Origin: Octopus sinensis
Taxonomy: Eukaryota
Assembly: GCF_006345805.1 (NCBI RefSeq)
Contig: NC_043009.1
Coordinates: 58,528,001 to 58,592,000, forward strand
Direction: 5' to 3'
Length of the DNA: 64,000 nt
Numbering within the stretch: the stretch's first letter is position 1; every line of letters begins with the position of its first letter. The notes below the pieces were generated by a model. The model saw only the letters and a list, made by a program, of their open reading frames with translations, had not been told where the DNA came from and did not search any database. This document shows positions 26,640 through 41,559 of the stretch, piece by piece. Both the position numbers and the translations under genes were made by a program.

Positions 26640-27088
26640 TTTTAAATGCACAAGGCCTGAAATTTTGGTGAGAGGGAACGTAAGGAAAGACGAAATATCT
26701 ATTTTTTTTTTTGCCTTCCACAAGGGTCTAAACACAGAGGAGACAAACAAGGACAGACAAACGGATTAAGTCGATTACATGGACCTCAGTGCGTAACTGG
26801 TACTTATTTAATCGACCCCGAAATAATGAAAGGCAAAGTCGACCTCGGCGGAATTTTAACTCAGAACGTAGCGGCAGTCGAAATCCCTATTTCTTTATTG
26901 CCCACAAGGGGCTAAACATAGAGGGGACAAACAAGGACAGACATAGGTATTAAGTCGATTACATCGACCCCAGTGCGTAACTGGTGCTTAATTTATCGAC
27001 CCCAAAAGGATAAAAGGCAAGTCGACCTCGGCGGAATTTGAACTCAGAACGTAAAGACAGACGAAATACCGCTAAGCATTTCGCCACC
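26640..27088 (-). mobile_element. Two tandem SINE family B copies
   Basis: Copies at about 26700-26885 and 26886-27088, both reverse complements of 26098-26324. Confidence 0.9.
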
Positions 27089-27885
27089 TTTCCAATTTAT
27101 ATATATCCCACACTCATATTTATACATATTTACACATACAGCGTTTCGATGTACCTATGTATGTGTATGTGGGAAATAATGTTTAACAGCAGCGAGCAGT
27201 TTGTAGTGAAGACTCGAGTGAATCTAACTTGAGATAACCAGCATGAAAACCGTTTCGGAACGCTAACATTCCATGTAGTTATGGACAGCATGCACGGCTG
27301 TTTATATTCAAGAGGCGTGCTCGAACTTACCTGAACAGGAAAAACTAATCAGTAAGATCCCTTAAACAGGATTTCAAAATATTCCTAGTTGTAGGAAGGC
27401 GATAAAATCCAAGGACTGCAAGAGACTTTACGTCACCTGTGTTAGATCAAAAGCAATTACATGTAGTACCGAAGTCAACAGGTCTGTGATTGCATGAACT
27501 ACTCAAGAGATAATTATATTGCCGAATGATTTAATTGAGGAAAGGCGATTAATGCTCGCTTCCTGTCCCTAAATAATCAAGCAGCTTTGAGGTATTTTTG
27601 TATAAGGCCATCGAGACCTACACACAATCCATAATGTAATAACAAGTAATTTTGCTTTAAATTAACTGAGATTGATGGATGCAAATGAACTGGAAAAAGT
27701 GGTCTTTTCAAATGTAAAGGCGCTTGATGATGCAGTAACGGAAAAGCCTATTACGTGGCAGTCAGCATTTAAATGGATAATACTAGACCTTGACCGTAAT
27801 ATCCCTGAAACTCATATTCGTTCAGTTCATGTTTAATTGCTCCCCTTTCTAGGAGTTAACGAAAATGTTGTTAAATATATTTCTC

Positions 27886-27920
<35 letters not shown>

Positions 27921-27990
27921 AAGAGAAAGAGAAAGAGAGAGAGAGACCGAATACAAAACGATAAGTATTTCGAAAAATTTAAGCTGTTTG

Positions 27991-28645
27991 CTCTTTATCT
28001 TTTACTTGTTTCAGTCATTAGATTGTGGTCATGCTGGAGCAACACGCTGAAGAAACTTAATAGAAATTACTACGCATATATAAAAAGCTTGGTACTTGAT
28101 TTATCGGTTTATTTTGCCGAAACGCTAAATTAAAAGGTTGATACACTTTAACACACCAATACCATTTGTCAAGCAGTGGTAGTGATAGGGATAAAAGAGA
28201 GCTACAAAGATAAAAAAACACACAAACATACATATATTTATATATATACTCTTTTACTCTTTTATTTGTTTCAGTCATTTGACTGTGGCCATGCTGGAGC
28301 ACCGCCGTTAGTCGAACAAATCGAGCCCATGACTTAATTCTTTGTAAGCCTAGTACTTATTAAATCGGACTCTTGGGGGGAACCGCTACGTTACAAGGAT
28401 ATAAACACACTAGCATCGGCTGTCAATCGATGTGGGGGGTACAAACACAGACACACAAACATATACACACACCTACAAACACACACACGCACAAACACGC
28501 ACATATACACACATATATATATATATATACGACGGGCTTCTTTCAGTTTCCGTCTAACATATCCACTCACAAGGCTATAGTAGAAGACACTTGCCCAAGG
28601 TGACACGCAGTGGGAGTGAACCCGGAACCATGTGGTTCGTAAGCA
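27991..28645 (-). mobile_element. Family A variant 3' half (27991-28235) plus family A copy (28248-28645)
   Basis: Two tttcagtcatt..gtggccatgctggagca tails in tandem. Confidence 0.85.
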
Positions 28646-28788
28646 AATATTATATTTTATATGTATACACAGAAACATACTTACGCACCGACACGCACTA
28701 TATATGTATGTATATATACATATATGCACACACACACACACACATACATATATATATTATATATATATACGTGTGTGTGTATCTGTAT

Positions 28789-28825
<37 letters not shown>

Positions 28826-28868
28826 ATCTATCTATCTATCTATCTATCTATCTATATATATATATATG

Positions 28869-28910
<42 letters not shown>

Positions 28911-29194
28911 TATATATAATATATATATGAATGTATGTATGTATGTACATTTCAATACAGAGCAAATAATTCGGTAGAAATCATATGCAAAGACACCATA
29001 AATTATATTACTGTGCAGGATAAAATCATTAAATTGATAATAAATTAATATATAAGTGATTCCAGGCCTCAATAAAGCATTAAATATCAATCAATGTTCT
29101 TTTTTTCGGCAGTTTAAATAAGTGTTTTGGCTTTACTTCTAGCAGGTAGACATACTCAGTGTGTCTTTGATTAATATAAATTCTAATCCTTTAG

Positions 29195-29520
<326 letters not shown>

Positions 29521-30632
29521 TGTTGGTAAGCATAGGAGAGAGTGCGTGTCTTTTGACCAATACTCTTGATAACAGATATCGTTCTTGAAACAGATATCCG
29601 TATTGGGAAACGTGCAAACATGCAATAAGATACAAAGTCACATATTTTATTTATACACTGTGTCAGTAAAGATTCCTTCTACTTATTCTTTTATAGCGTA
29701 ACTGCAAAATAATTGAGAATATTGATGTGTATTTCTTAAGCACATCGCTAAGACTAAATATATATTACAGTATGGATTTCTTATATTTTTGTTAATTAGT
29801 TGTACTTCTCCGTAGTGATTTCATTCTGTGTTAATAATTTTGAAGTAGATTTTCGTCAGGTAGAATAGATGCTTTTCCGTGAAGTTCTGGGTTGCGGACA
29901 ATTTTTTTATTCTAACCCTGTCCTATAGTTAGCGTTATACTGTTATTGACAGAGGTCTTCTTTCTTCGTGAACGCACCATGCTAAAAGATATGGGTCACG
30001 AAACAGAACGCGTTCGACCGGAATTTGGAAATAAAAATGTTAAGGTCACAGAGATATTCATTAGCAAGCATCAGAAGTCGCCTCTCCTCGTTTAATATTT
30101 CATTGAACGGATTTAATGTCATAGCACGCAAATAACTCATGATTCATATGAATAACTGCCGTGCAGTTTTCGCGAAAAATACCACGCAAAAACGAAAATG
30201 ATTGCCCCTATCGAGTACGAGTGAATCTTGATACAAAGTAAATATGTACCATTTGTACAAACACAAGTTTTATATATATATATGTATATATATATAATAT
30301 ATATATACATATATATTATATATATATAATATATATATATATATATTATATATATATATATATTATATATATAATATATATATATATTATATATACATAT
30401 ACATATATATATATTTATGTATGTATATATATGCAACTGTATCAGTGATAGTGATGGAGGTAGGTACATTATCATAAAATCATGAAATGATATAGCCATA
30501 ACGTGCATATTTACATATATGCATTTCAACATACATTCACTTATGCGCATAAGTAATGTTCAGATATAGAATCAAGCCTGGGTGGGGTATTCTATCTTCA
30601 TTTTATGTCTTACATACATACATACATATATA

Positions 30633-30682
<50 letters not shown>

Positions 30683-31089
30683 TAATGTAAATATAATAAA
30701 TACACAAACGCATGTTATATATTTATACATACACATATATATATTTGCATACTTACAACCATAGCTACACAAACCTGTATGGATGTCAGTTCGTAAGATA
30801 CATACACAGATACGCATTTTGATGCGATCAATAAAAGTTCGTTATCATCTTTCTGTTTCCTATCCTGTATTGGTTACTCGCTTAATTTATCTATCTATCT
30901 AATCTATCTATCTAATCTATCTATCTATCTATCTATCTATATGTCTGTCTTTTTCTCTTTCTCTCTCTTTCTCTGCATGTACGTATATATATATATATGT
31001 ATTCTTACACACGTAAATATGTGAACACATATGAATATATATATATGTTTGTGTATGTATACGTGTATGTATGAACACGCAAACTTACA

Positions 31090-31168
<79 letters not shown>

Positions 31169-31264
31169 CATATACATATCTATCTGTTTATCTATCTCTT
31201 TCACTCTATTCCACCCTCTCGTTCTCCCTCAGTGAATATATATATATATATACATACAACCACG

Positions 31265-31311
<47 letters not shown>

Positions 31312-32114
31312 ATATATATATATACATACAAACATACATACATATATATATATCCTTGCAATCATACATTCGTATGCACCCATTTATATTCGATCAATAA
31401 ACAGATTTTACTATCATCACTTCTTTCTTTCTGACACTGTGTATTTTGTGCAAGTGTCAGCGCGCGTGTGTGTGTAAGAGTACCTATGTGTGTCTGCATG
31501 GATGATATTAATATATACATTTATACGTCTGCGTGTGCAAGTGTGTATGATTATACATACTTAGACATATACGTACGAAATCTCATCCAAACATTTCATG
31601 CATACACATATATACATATAACTATTAACCGGTTCCGGAGATTCAGTAAATTATGTTGGATGTTTGATTAGCGAGAGTGAAATGTTGGTTGAAGCAATGG
31701 TGAGTGACTTTACAACATTTTACGTTGATTGGATGGCTGTCATAAAATAGAGCTTGAAGCTTAGGACGGCACTGGAAAGGAGAAGTATATCATTCCAGCG
31801 AAATAGTGAACGTAAAAGCTTTAAGGCAAGTATTTATTGCTAAGTAATAAACGTCTAACTATTCAAAAGTATTTATCCACGCGCACGCAGTCATATGAAC
31901 ACAGTTATGAATGTACACGAATTTTTATATTTCGTGACACATCCGTACATATACGCACACAATCAAACCTATACACACACAGACATATTACATGTGTACA
32001 TATACACAAGCACATGCATACATATATATATGTAAATATATGTGTATGACATATATACGAGTGTATTTGGATGTGTGCATATATATATATATACTTATAT
32101 ATAAATATATATAT

Positions 32115-32262
32115 ACATACGTACAAACACACACACACAAAGTGATATACTCTCACAGAAATGTGTGTGTATATATATATATATATATACATACGTACAG
32201 ACACACACACACACAAAGTGATATACTCTCACAGAAATGTGTGTGTATATATATATATGTAT
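32115..32262. repeat. ~70-bp tandem duplication containing microsatellite
   Basis: acaaagtgatatactctcacagaaatgtgtgtgt occurs twice adjacently. Confidence 0.9.
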
Positions 32263-32814
32263 ATATATATACATGCTTACGCGTGTATATGCACACATAA
32301 AACTTTACACACAGTAATATGTGAAAAAAAATACATACACATAAAGTAGATTTACACGCATGCATCCATGTATGTATGTATGCATGTATGTATGTATGTA
32401 TATATGTATGTATGTATGCGTGTATGCGTGTGTGTGTGTATGTATATATATATGTATGTATGCATATGTGTGTATGTATGTATGTATGTATGTACGTGTG
32501 TAAGTATGAATGTATGTATGTAGGTATGTATGTATGTATGTACGTATATATGTATGTATGAATGTAGGTCTGCATGCATTCATGTATGAATTACGTTTGA
32601 GTAGTAAGAGGCATACACGTGTAAGTGTATGAACACGACTATTTGTGCCTCAACATGTGGATGCTTATACATAAAAGTATACTTACATACAAATACCAAT
32701 ACACATACACACATATATATATATATATTATATATATATATATATATATTATATATATGCATATACATACACGTTTTTGCATACATAATACGTACGTACA
32801 TAGAAACATATATT

Positions 32815-33385
32815 CATACATACATACATACATACATACATACATACATACATACATACATACATACATACATACATACATACATACATACATACATACA
32901 TACGTACGTACGTACATACATACGTACGTACATACATACATACATACATACATACGTACGTACGTACATACATACGTACGTACATACATACATACATACA
33001 TACATACATACGTACGTACGTACATACGTACGTACATACATACATACATACATACGTACGTACATACATACATACATACATACATACATACATACATACA
33101 TACATACATACATACATAGATACATACATACATACATACATACGTACGTACATACATACATACATACATACATACATACGTACGTACATACATACATACG
33201 TACATACATACATAAATACATGCATACATACGTACATACATACATACGTACATACATACATACATACATACATACGTACGTACGTACATACATACATACA
33301 TACATACATACGTACATACGTACATACATACATACATACATACATACATACATACATACATACATGCATACATACATACATATAG
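32815..33385. repeat. ~570-bp (TACA)n array with TACG variants
   Basis: Direct. Confidence 0.95.
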
Positions 33386-34842
33386 ACACATGCATATATC
33401 ATAGTCTTCTGCGTATAATTGTCTACGTTGATATGGCTGACTAGCTCTGGAATGTTATGTTTGTCACATTCCACTGTAATTATACTACAGTTTTGTTAAT
33501 GAAGCAAAGGTTCAGGCCTAACTAGCGAGGTTATCCGTGCGTATCGTGGATCCCTGTGGCAATATCTCTTAATAGCTAGGCACTCGCGTTCTTAAACACA
33601 AAAACATTATTGTGCCTCAGAATCATAAACTAATACCTACACACACTTCATTTCACTCACAGACACTTAGATAGACATACATGAAAATATTCATACTTAT
33701 ATAAGCATACACATATATATATATACACATATATATATATGCATATATATATATTTATATATATATGTTTTTGTAAAGTTAAATGTTTATTCTTATGTCA
33801 ATTTACATATGCAATTTAAATAAAAGGAATTTAATTGAGCGCTGAATAATTTCTCAATGTCTTCTACAGTATGGTAATATCTAATGAAACATTTACACCA
33901 GTGACCAGTGACTTCGAAGTTTTGACCTAAGACCCTTGTAAACACACACACATATATAGATATATATATATATATATTCCTATTTATGCATGTGTGTGTG
34001 TATATATGTACATATATAACAGGCACACACACACATACATATACTATATCCATTTATAAATATGTTTAAATCAATACTTATATTAGGTATACCTTTATTA
34101 CATGATTATTTTTGTACATTTATTTAAAACTTATAGATTAGTATACGTTTGCCTATTAGTATACAGGTGTATGCATTTAGGTGCTCAGAGATAACTATGC
34201 AGCTCTCGCCGTGTGGAAATCTCCATATGAGTCAGTAATTTTTCCAGCAAAATTTATTTTATCCAAATATTTGACTGTCAAATATATTCGACAAAATCGT
34301 GATTAACACGAGTCTGAATAATTCCCGTGGATAATTAGACTATTTTATGTAATGCTTTCAAACCTCGAGTAGTACTGATATGTATTTCTAATGTCGTGAC
34401 GAGAATTGTTGGTACTGATTTCAGAAACGTTTCCTGAGGCTGGTACCTCGGTTAAATAAATTTTGTAATTTCTAACTCTTTTACTCTCATGTCCTGAATG
34501 CATTACCTGAATTCAGAACGCTACAACAGGTAATATATCTGCAATAACTTTTGATAGCAGAACGCCTGATTACATGAAAAAAAAAAGAGAGTTAATTTTC
34601 CAGTGTAAATCATTAATTATTTTTGTCTTTCTAACCGGCAAGGAAAAAGCAATCCTATGACATGTTTGAATGATTCCGAGGTAAGCGAGGAGAGTTACAG
34701 TAAAATTGGAATGGCTGCAAGAGAGAGAGAGAGATCTCTGATAAAATCTGTCAAGTTGCTACGTGTTGGTATTAATCTTGGCGCCGGCTTAATTCTACGA
34801 CTTAACTATACATCCAGGCAGATTTTCTATAACTATCGAGAT

Positions 34843-35217
34843 ACTCAGTCGGTTACGACGACGAGGCTTCCAGTTGATCCGATCAACAGAACAGCCTGCT
34901 CGTGAACTTAACGTGCAAGTGGCTGAGCACTCCACAGACACGTGTATCCTTAACGTATTTCTCGGGGAGAGTCATCGTGACGCAGAGTGTGACAAGGGTG
35001 GCACTTTTAAATACAGCTACAACAGAAACAGGTAGAAAAAGTGAGAGAAAGTTTTGGTGAAAGAATACAGCTGAGTTAACCAACCCCCCTGCTGGTACTT
35101 CGTGGAAGTTTAGGTGTTTTCGCTCAATAAACACTCGGAATGCCCGGTCTGGGAATCGAAACCGCGATTCCATGACTGCGAGTCCGCTGCCTTAAACACT
35201 GGGCCACTGTACCTCCA
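34843..35217 (-). mobile_element. tRNA-derived SINE family E, 3' type 2
   Basis: Head matches the 8926 copy (gcggactcgc, ggtttcgattcccagac, agcgaaaacacctaa); 3' part differs (gagtgctcagccacttgcacgtt). Confidence 0.8.
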
Positions 35218-35789
35218 CTTTAACTATATTTGCTATATAGCTATATACTATAGCAGGATTTGAACTCAGAATGCAGAGATACGAAAAGAATAGTCTAAGT
35301 CATTTGCTCTAATTCTCTTATAATTCCGCCAGTAAATAGTCTTGAACAAGTATTTTATTAATCGATCTCGTAGGGAGACACGGAACAGATACCGCAAAGC
35401 CTCCTGTCCCATGCAGTAACGATTCTACCAATTTGCCACCGAGAAACTGCAAAACGACGAGGCGTATGGTAAGAATACAATAAAAATTATGCGAAACTTG
35501 GAAAAATACGAATAATTATAAGAACCGTAAATGACTCTAAGGCAACAAGTTAAAAAAGTGCATTAATATAAGCTACATAAACAACAAACAAGAGAATTAG
35601 AACCATAATTGAAATGGAGATGCTTCTGTCTTTGTCAAGGAAGATTGCAGACGAAAAAGAATTCCCTGAAGCATTATGATTATTAAAACGATAGCTTTAA
35701 GCATCTTTGCATTTAAAGAAACTTTTCTTACAGAAAGTGAGTTCCAACAGCAATGGAACAAAATTGAATTGCTTCTACTTGTTTTTTTT

Positions 35790-36595
35790 TTATCTTTCAC
35801 TGGCTTTACTCATTGGACTGCGGCCATGCTGGGACATAGCCTTGAAGAATTTCAGTCTAACAAATCGACCCCTGTACTCATACTTACTTTATTTTAAAAC
35901 CTGGTACTAATTCTACTGGTCTCTTTTGCCGAACTACTAAGTTACGAGGACGTAAGCAAACCAATAGCATCATTTGTCAAGCTACTGTGGGCTAAAATAA
36001 ATATACACACATGCATACACACATACACACACACATAGATACACAGACAGATACACAAACATACACACAAATACACACACAAACATACACACATATGTAT
36101 ATATACAAATATGTAAGACAAACTTTAGGTTCCTGTCTAGCATATCCAGCACAAGACTTCGGGCAATCAAGGGCTATAGTAGAAGTACTTGCCTAAGGTG
36201 GCAGTCAATGAGACTGAACTCTGAAACATGTTGTTGCCAAGTAAACTTTCTACAACAAAGCCACGCCTTAACTGATTCAAAACGCTAAGAAAAACTCATA
36301 GTATTCGCATAGTAGCATACGTGCACAGGCGTGCACGCGCACATATACAAATAGAGGAGAAAAATATAGATTTCCTTAGATGCAAAATTCCTTCACAGGT
36401 TTAACATATCTTCTAACTAAATATATATACAGGACGGGATCCTTTTGGTTTCCGTCTACAAATCAAACTCAAATCTTTGGTCGGCCCACCACTATAGTAG
36501 AGAAGACCGGCTCAAGGTGCCACACAGTGGATCTCAACCTAGAACCATTTCGCTAGGAAGCAATCCTCTTACGAAATAACCATGCCTGCGCCTAT
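35790..36595 (-). mobile_element. Diverged family A variant copy plus a degenerate family A 5' half
   Basis: Tail at 35790, head near 36268; second head at 36433-36595. Confidence 0.7.
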
Positions 36596-36618
36596 ATGAG
36601 AAAGAATATTGCACAGTG

Positions 36619-37013
36619 GCAGGAGTGGCTGTGTGGTAAGTAGCTTGCTTATCAACCACATGTTTCTGGGTTCAGTTCCATTGGGCAAGTGTCTTCTTAC
36701 TATAGCCTCGGGCCGACCAAAGTCTTGTGAGTGGATTTGGTAGACGGAAACTGAAAGAAGCCCGACGTATATATGCATATGTATATATATATGTGTGTGT
36801 GTGTGTGTTTGTATGTCTGTGTCTGTCCTTCCAGTATCGCTTGACAAACGGTGCTGGTGTGTTTACGTCCCCGTAACTTAGCGGTTCTGCCAAAAAAGAC
36901 CGATAGAATAAGTACTAGGCTTACAAAGAATAAGTCCTGGGGTCGACTAAAGCTCGACTAAAGGCGGTGCTCCAGCATGGCCACAGTCAGATGACTGAAA
37001 CAAGTGAAAGGAT
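36619..37013 (+). mobile_element. SINE family A
   Basis: Consensus match. Confidence 0.92.
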
Positions 37014-37960
37014 AAATACAGTTGACTTACCTCCTAACAAAAATCCGTGGGTAGAGGTGTGATATCGTATTTTAAACATATTCTGGCCGAAGAGTAGAAA
37101 CGTCTTCTAAAGCAAACATAATTTTAGACAAATCCACTGCACTTAATATGTTATATGAAAATGTGAAAATCATATTTTCTCCCCGAACATGGCATCATCT
37201 TTTACAGCCAGTGGAATAAGGAGTAATTGCTACTTTGTGCACTTAAGAGAAGTTATAACGAGAGAACATGCAATTTCATTGGTAGAAATTTGGAAACGAT
37301 TTAATATAAAACATGTCGTTGGAGATAGTATGGTATCATAGAATGTAATGATAACTGCAATATAAGAATGGTCGGGAAACATATTTTACTGCGTGGTGCA
37401 AACCATTTCACTGCCTTTCACCACCAGGGCGAAATTATCGCTAAAATATAAAAAAAGAGAACGTAACGGTACACAAGAGATGGGTTTCGATAAAATTCAC
37501 GATATTTCATCCGATGTTTGTGATGTCCTTCAATCACATGCAGAAAAGTTTGCTTATCGTTAACTTCTTAATCTGGATCAAAAGTGTGTACACGACGAAC
37601 AAGACAATAAACTGTAAGCCATGAAATTGAAAACCCAATAATAAGAATTGAACGCAACAGAATTTTGCTACAATGTTTATCGAATGTGAAATGTCCAAGC
37701 AATGAATAATGGATATCGACCCTAAAACCCGATCGAAGCATGAACATTCACTGAAATTTGGATTAAGAATATGTGTATACATGCGTACATGCACACATAC
37801 ATACATACATACATACATACATACATACATACATACATACATACATACTACATACATACATACATACATACATACATACATACATACATACATACTTACA
37901 TACATACATACATATATACATACATACATACATACATACATACGTAGACATACACACACG

Positions 37961-38021
<61 letters not shown>

Positions 38022-38099
38022 GTGTGTTTATATATATATACTCTTATAGTAATAAACTAAGGAAAGTAATTATATATATACTTATATATATATGTATAG

Positions 38100-38136
<37 letters not shown>

Positions 38137-38241
38137 TATATACACATGTGTGCGTTTGTGTCTATCTATCAATCTATAAATCAATTTATCTATATCTCTC
38201 TATATCTATCTACCTATCTATCTATCTATACATTCATACTT

Positions 38242-38278
<37 letters not shown>

Positions 38279-38924
38279 ACTTTTCCCCATAAACCATCGT
38301 AAACTACAACAACGCATAATGTTTCATTTCTAGTCAGCAATTTTTGCTATCCTTTATTATTATATTACTTTCAAATACTATAAACAAAGGCTTTTAATGA
38401 AAGTTCAGCCAAGTGTTTTGAAAGTCCGTGAACCATACAGCTGTGCTGAATTCGCATTTCGATTAGCACTGTTTTTATGGAAGGAATTAACGGTCTTGCT
38501 TGTGGGCTTACCGGGCATGTACATGCTTTTGTACATAGATATACACACAGACACACGGATATATATTCAGTAATATATACGTATATTCTTGCATACCTCC
38601 ATGAGAACATATATTTTGTTCGTACATATCTACACTGAAGTAGAACAATTTCCTTGATTGCTGTCTATGTACGCATATAAGCAAGCACAGATATAAATTC
38701 TAAAGCAGCTTGTTCGGCCCTATGTGACATGTTTCATAGATTTCTTACAGAAGCCTACCTCGTAGAATACAGTTAATCAAATGTAGCAAGTCGAATGTGG
38801 CTACCGGAAACCGGGGGCTGTTTTTCAACTGCGTTCACATGGTGTTGCTAGATCTGAGATCGATATTCCAGCGACATCGGATACAATTTTGCCACTAGAG
38901 TATCGACCTCACTTCTAACAACAC

Positions 38925-39292
38925 ACGCTTTGACCGGTCCTTGAATAACTGTAGTTTAAGGATGTTCAACAAATCAGCTAAAGAATTCCTCTCAACACAT
39001 GGCTATGATACTCCCCCACTACTCCTGCTCATGATCAGAGATGCACATATCGTCAGCCACGAAAGGACATGCTCAATTGGTTACGGTCAAACAACTGACA
39101 AGTAAATCTGTGGTACTCAGCAGAATATTTGCTGTAGGCAACCTTTCATACCAAGAGAAAACAATGTACATGATAACACTTCCAATCAGTTAAGATCAGC
39201 AGCCATGAGAGCCACTGTCTGGTACTGCATCAGGGCATGCCACTGTCTGGTACTACAACGGGGCATGCCACTGTCTGGTACTGTAACAGTAT
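38925..39292 (-). mobile_element. Family C 5' part with triplicated 26-bp terminus
   Basis: Reverse complement of 20671-20960; gccactgtctggtact occurs three times at about 39212-39283. Confidence 0.85.
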
Positions 39293-39306
39293 GATTATTA
39301 TTATTA

Positions 39307-39361
<55 letters not shown>

Positions 39362-39393
39362 ATTATTATTATCATTATAATTATTATTATCAT

Positions 39394-39798
39394 AGGCGTA
39401 CGAGTGACTATGTGGTAAGTAGATTGCTTAACAACTACATGGTTCCGCGTTCAGTCCCACTGCGTGGCACCTTGGACAACTGTCTTCTACTATAGCCCCG
39501 GGCCGACCAAAGCCTTGTGAGTGGATTTGTTAAACGGAAACTGAAAGAAGTCCGTTGTATATGTGTATATATATATATGTGTGTGTGTATATGTTTGCGT
39601 GTCTGTGTTTGTCCCCCCACCATCGCTTAACAACCGATGCTGGTGTATTTACGTCCCCGTAACGTAGCGGTTCAGCAAAAGAGACCGATAGAATAAGTAC
39701 TATGCTTACAAAGAATAAGTCCTGGGGTCCATTTGCTCGACTAAATGTGGTGCTCCAGCATGGCCACAGTCAAATGACTGAAACAACTAAAAGAGTAA
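39394..39798 (+). mobile_element. SINE family A, between ATT and TAT/ACT arrays
   Basis: Consensus match. Confidence 0.92.
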
Positions 39799-39869
39799 AC
39801 CAATTTTATTATCATTATTATTATTATTACTATTATTATTATTATAACTACTACTACTACTACTATCAT

Positions 39870-39913
<44 letters not shown>

Positions 39914-40679
39914 TTACTGTTATTATTATTATGATTATGATCATTGTTCTTATTATTATCACTATTTATAGCATCCATATAAATATAATACATTACATCA
40001 AGTTTCATGTCATGCAAAAATCGAAAGCAATGTTCACACATTCTTCCCTTCTATATATAAGCGAATCATTTATATCAAACGAACCATGATCAATGTCAGG
40101 GGTCCCATATAGAAAACGTCCGGTTGGCCTTTCTATTTTAACAATAGTGGTCTGTCGAGATAGGAGACAACGCATACGTTGTATAACATTCTCGATTTTA
40201 TTTATTATAAAATGAAATAATAGGTGACGCTGAATGATAATAAATATGTATATTATTTTTAATGAGGACGTGATATATCGGATAATATCAAAACAGGTAA
40301 ATTCCGAAACACGGAATAAATAACGCTGTGTAAAATATCCGGTATTCTGTATATCTTCCGGTTGATGAAATTTACGATAAGTAGGTCAATTGGGTGCAAT
40401 TATTTGCTTATATTTCACATCCTTTATTTAAATAGCTGGTGGAGATAGTCAGATTCGTTCAGATATGACATCTTTTCCTTGTTGTAGCCCCGGTCGCTTC
40501 CGGAATATTAATATAGCTTTCACTATAATCCTCACTTACTCGTTTTGGGTAGGCTGAAGCTGTTATAAATATTCAAATTTAACACTTAATATCATAAACA
40601 TATTTATTTATTCTGTGATACATGTTCCGAACTATAATTGCAAGTGCTATCGCTTCGTTCGTCTTAGTACTTTGTGTAC

Positions 40680-41008
40680 TCTTTACTTGTTTCAGTCATT
40701 TGACTGTGGCCATGCTGGAGCACCGCCTCTAGTCTAGCAAATCGACACCAGGACTTATTCCTTGTAAGCTTACTACTTGTTCTATCGGTCTCTTTTGCCG
40801 AACTGCTTGGTTACGGTGACGTAAACACGCCAGCATCGGTTGTCAAGCGATGTTGGGGGGGGGGGATAAACACAGTCACACAAACATATACACACACACA
40901 TATATGTATACATATATACGACGGGCTTCTTTTAGTTTCCGTCTAGCAAATCCACTCACAAGGCTTTGGTGGACCCGAGGCTATAGCAGAGGACACTTGC
41001 CCCCCCCC

Positions 41009-41056
<48 letters not shown>

Positions 41057-41228
41057 CATATATATACGTCGGGCTTCCTTCAGTTTCCGTCTGCCAAATC
41101 CACTCACAAGGCCCTGGTGAACACGAGGCTATAGTAGAGGACACTTGCCCAAGGCGCCACGCATTGAGACTGAACTCGGAACCATGTGGTTGGTAAACAA
41201 GCTACTTACCACACAGCCACTCCTGCGT
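40680..41228 (-). mobile_element. SINE family A with internal duplication
   Basis: An ~85-bp segment is present at about 40918-41000 and 41066-41150. Confidence 0.9.
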
Positions 41229-41559
41229 CTGTCTATGCTTGTGTTTGTGTGTGCTTGTGCGTTTCTATGTGTGTTTGTGTGCAGAAGTTTGAGAATGTAG
41301 ACGTTATGTAAAAAGAGACAACCAACAAACAATTCCAAACAGACATGGTTGCAGTGTTTGATATTTGGAAATGTTTGAAATCTAAAAATTCCCAGGTGTT
41401 TATTGATAATCAAATCCCAGCATTCTCTTCGGATCGCACACTTATACATGAAACCCATTCTATGAACACTTACCTAAGTGCTATATGTGTATCTCTAACC
41501 GTATGATTGTCACTTGTAATAGGATTCATGGATTATATTTAGGTAACATATTGTATCTT

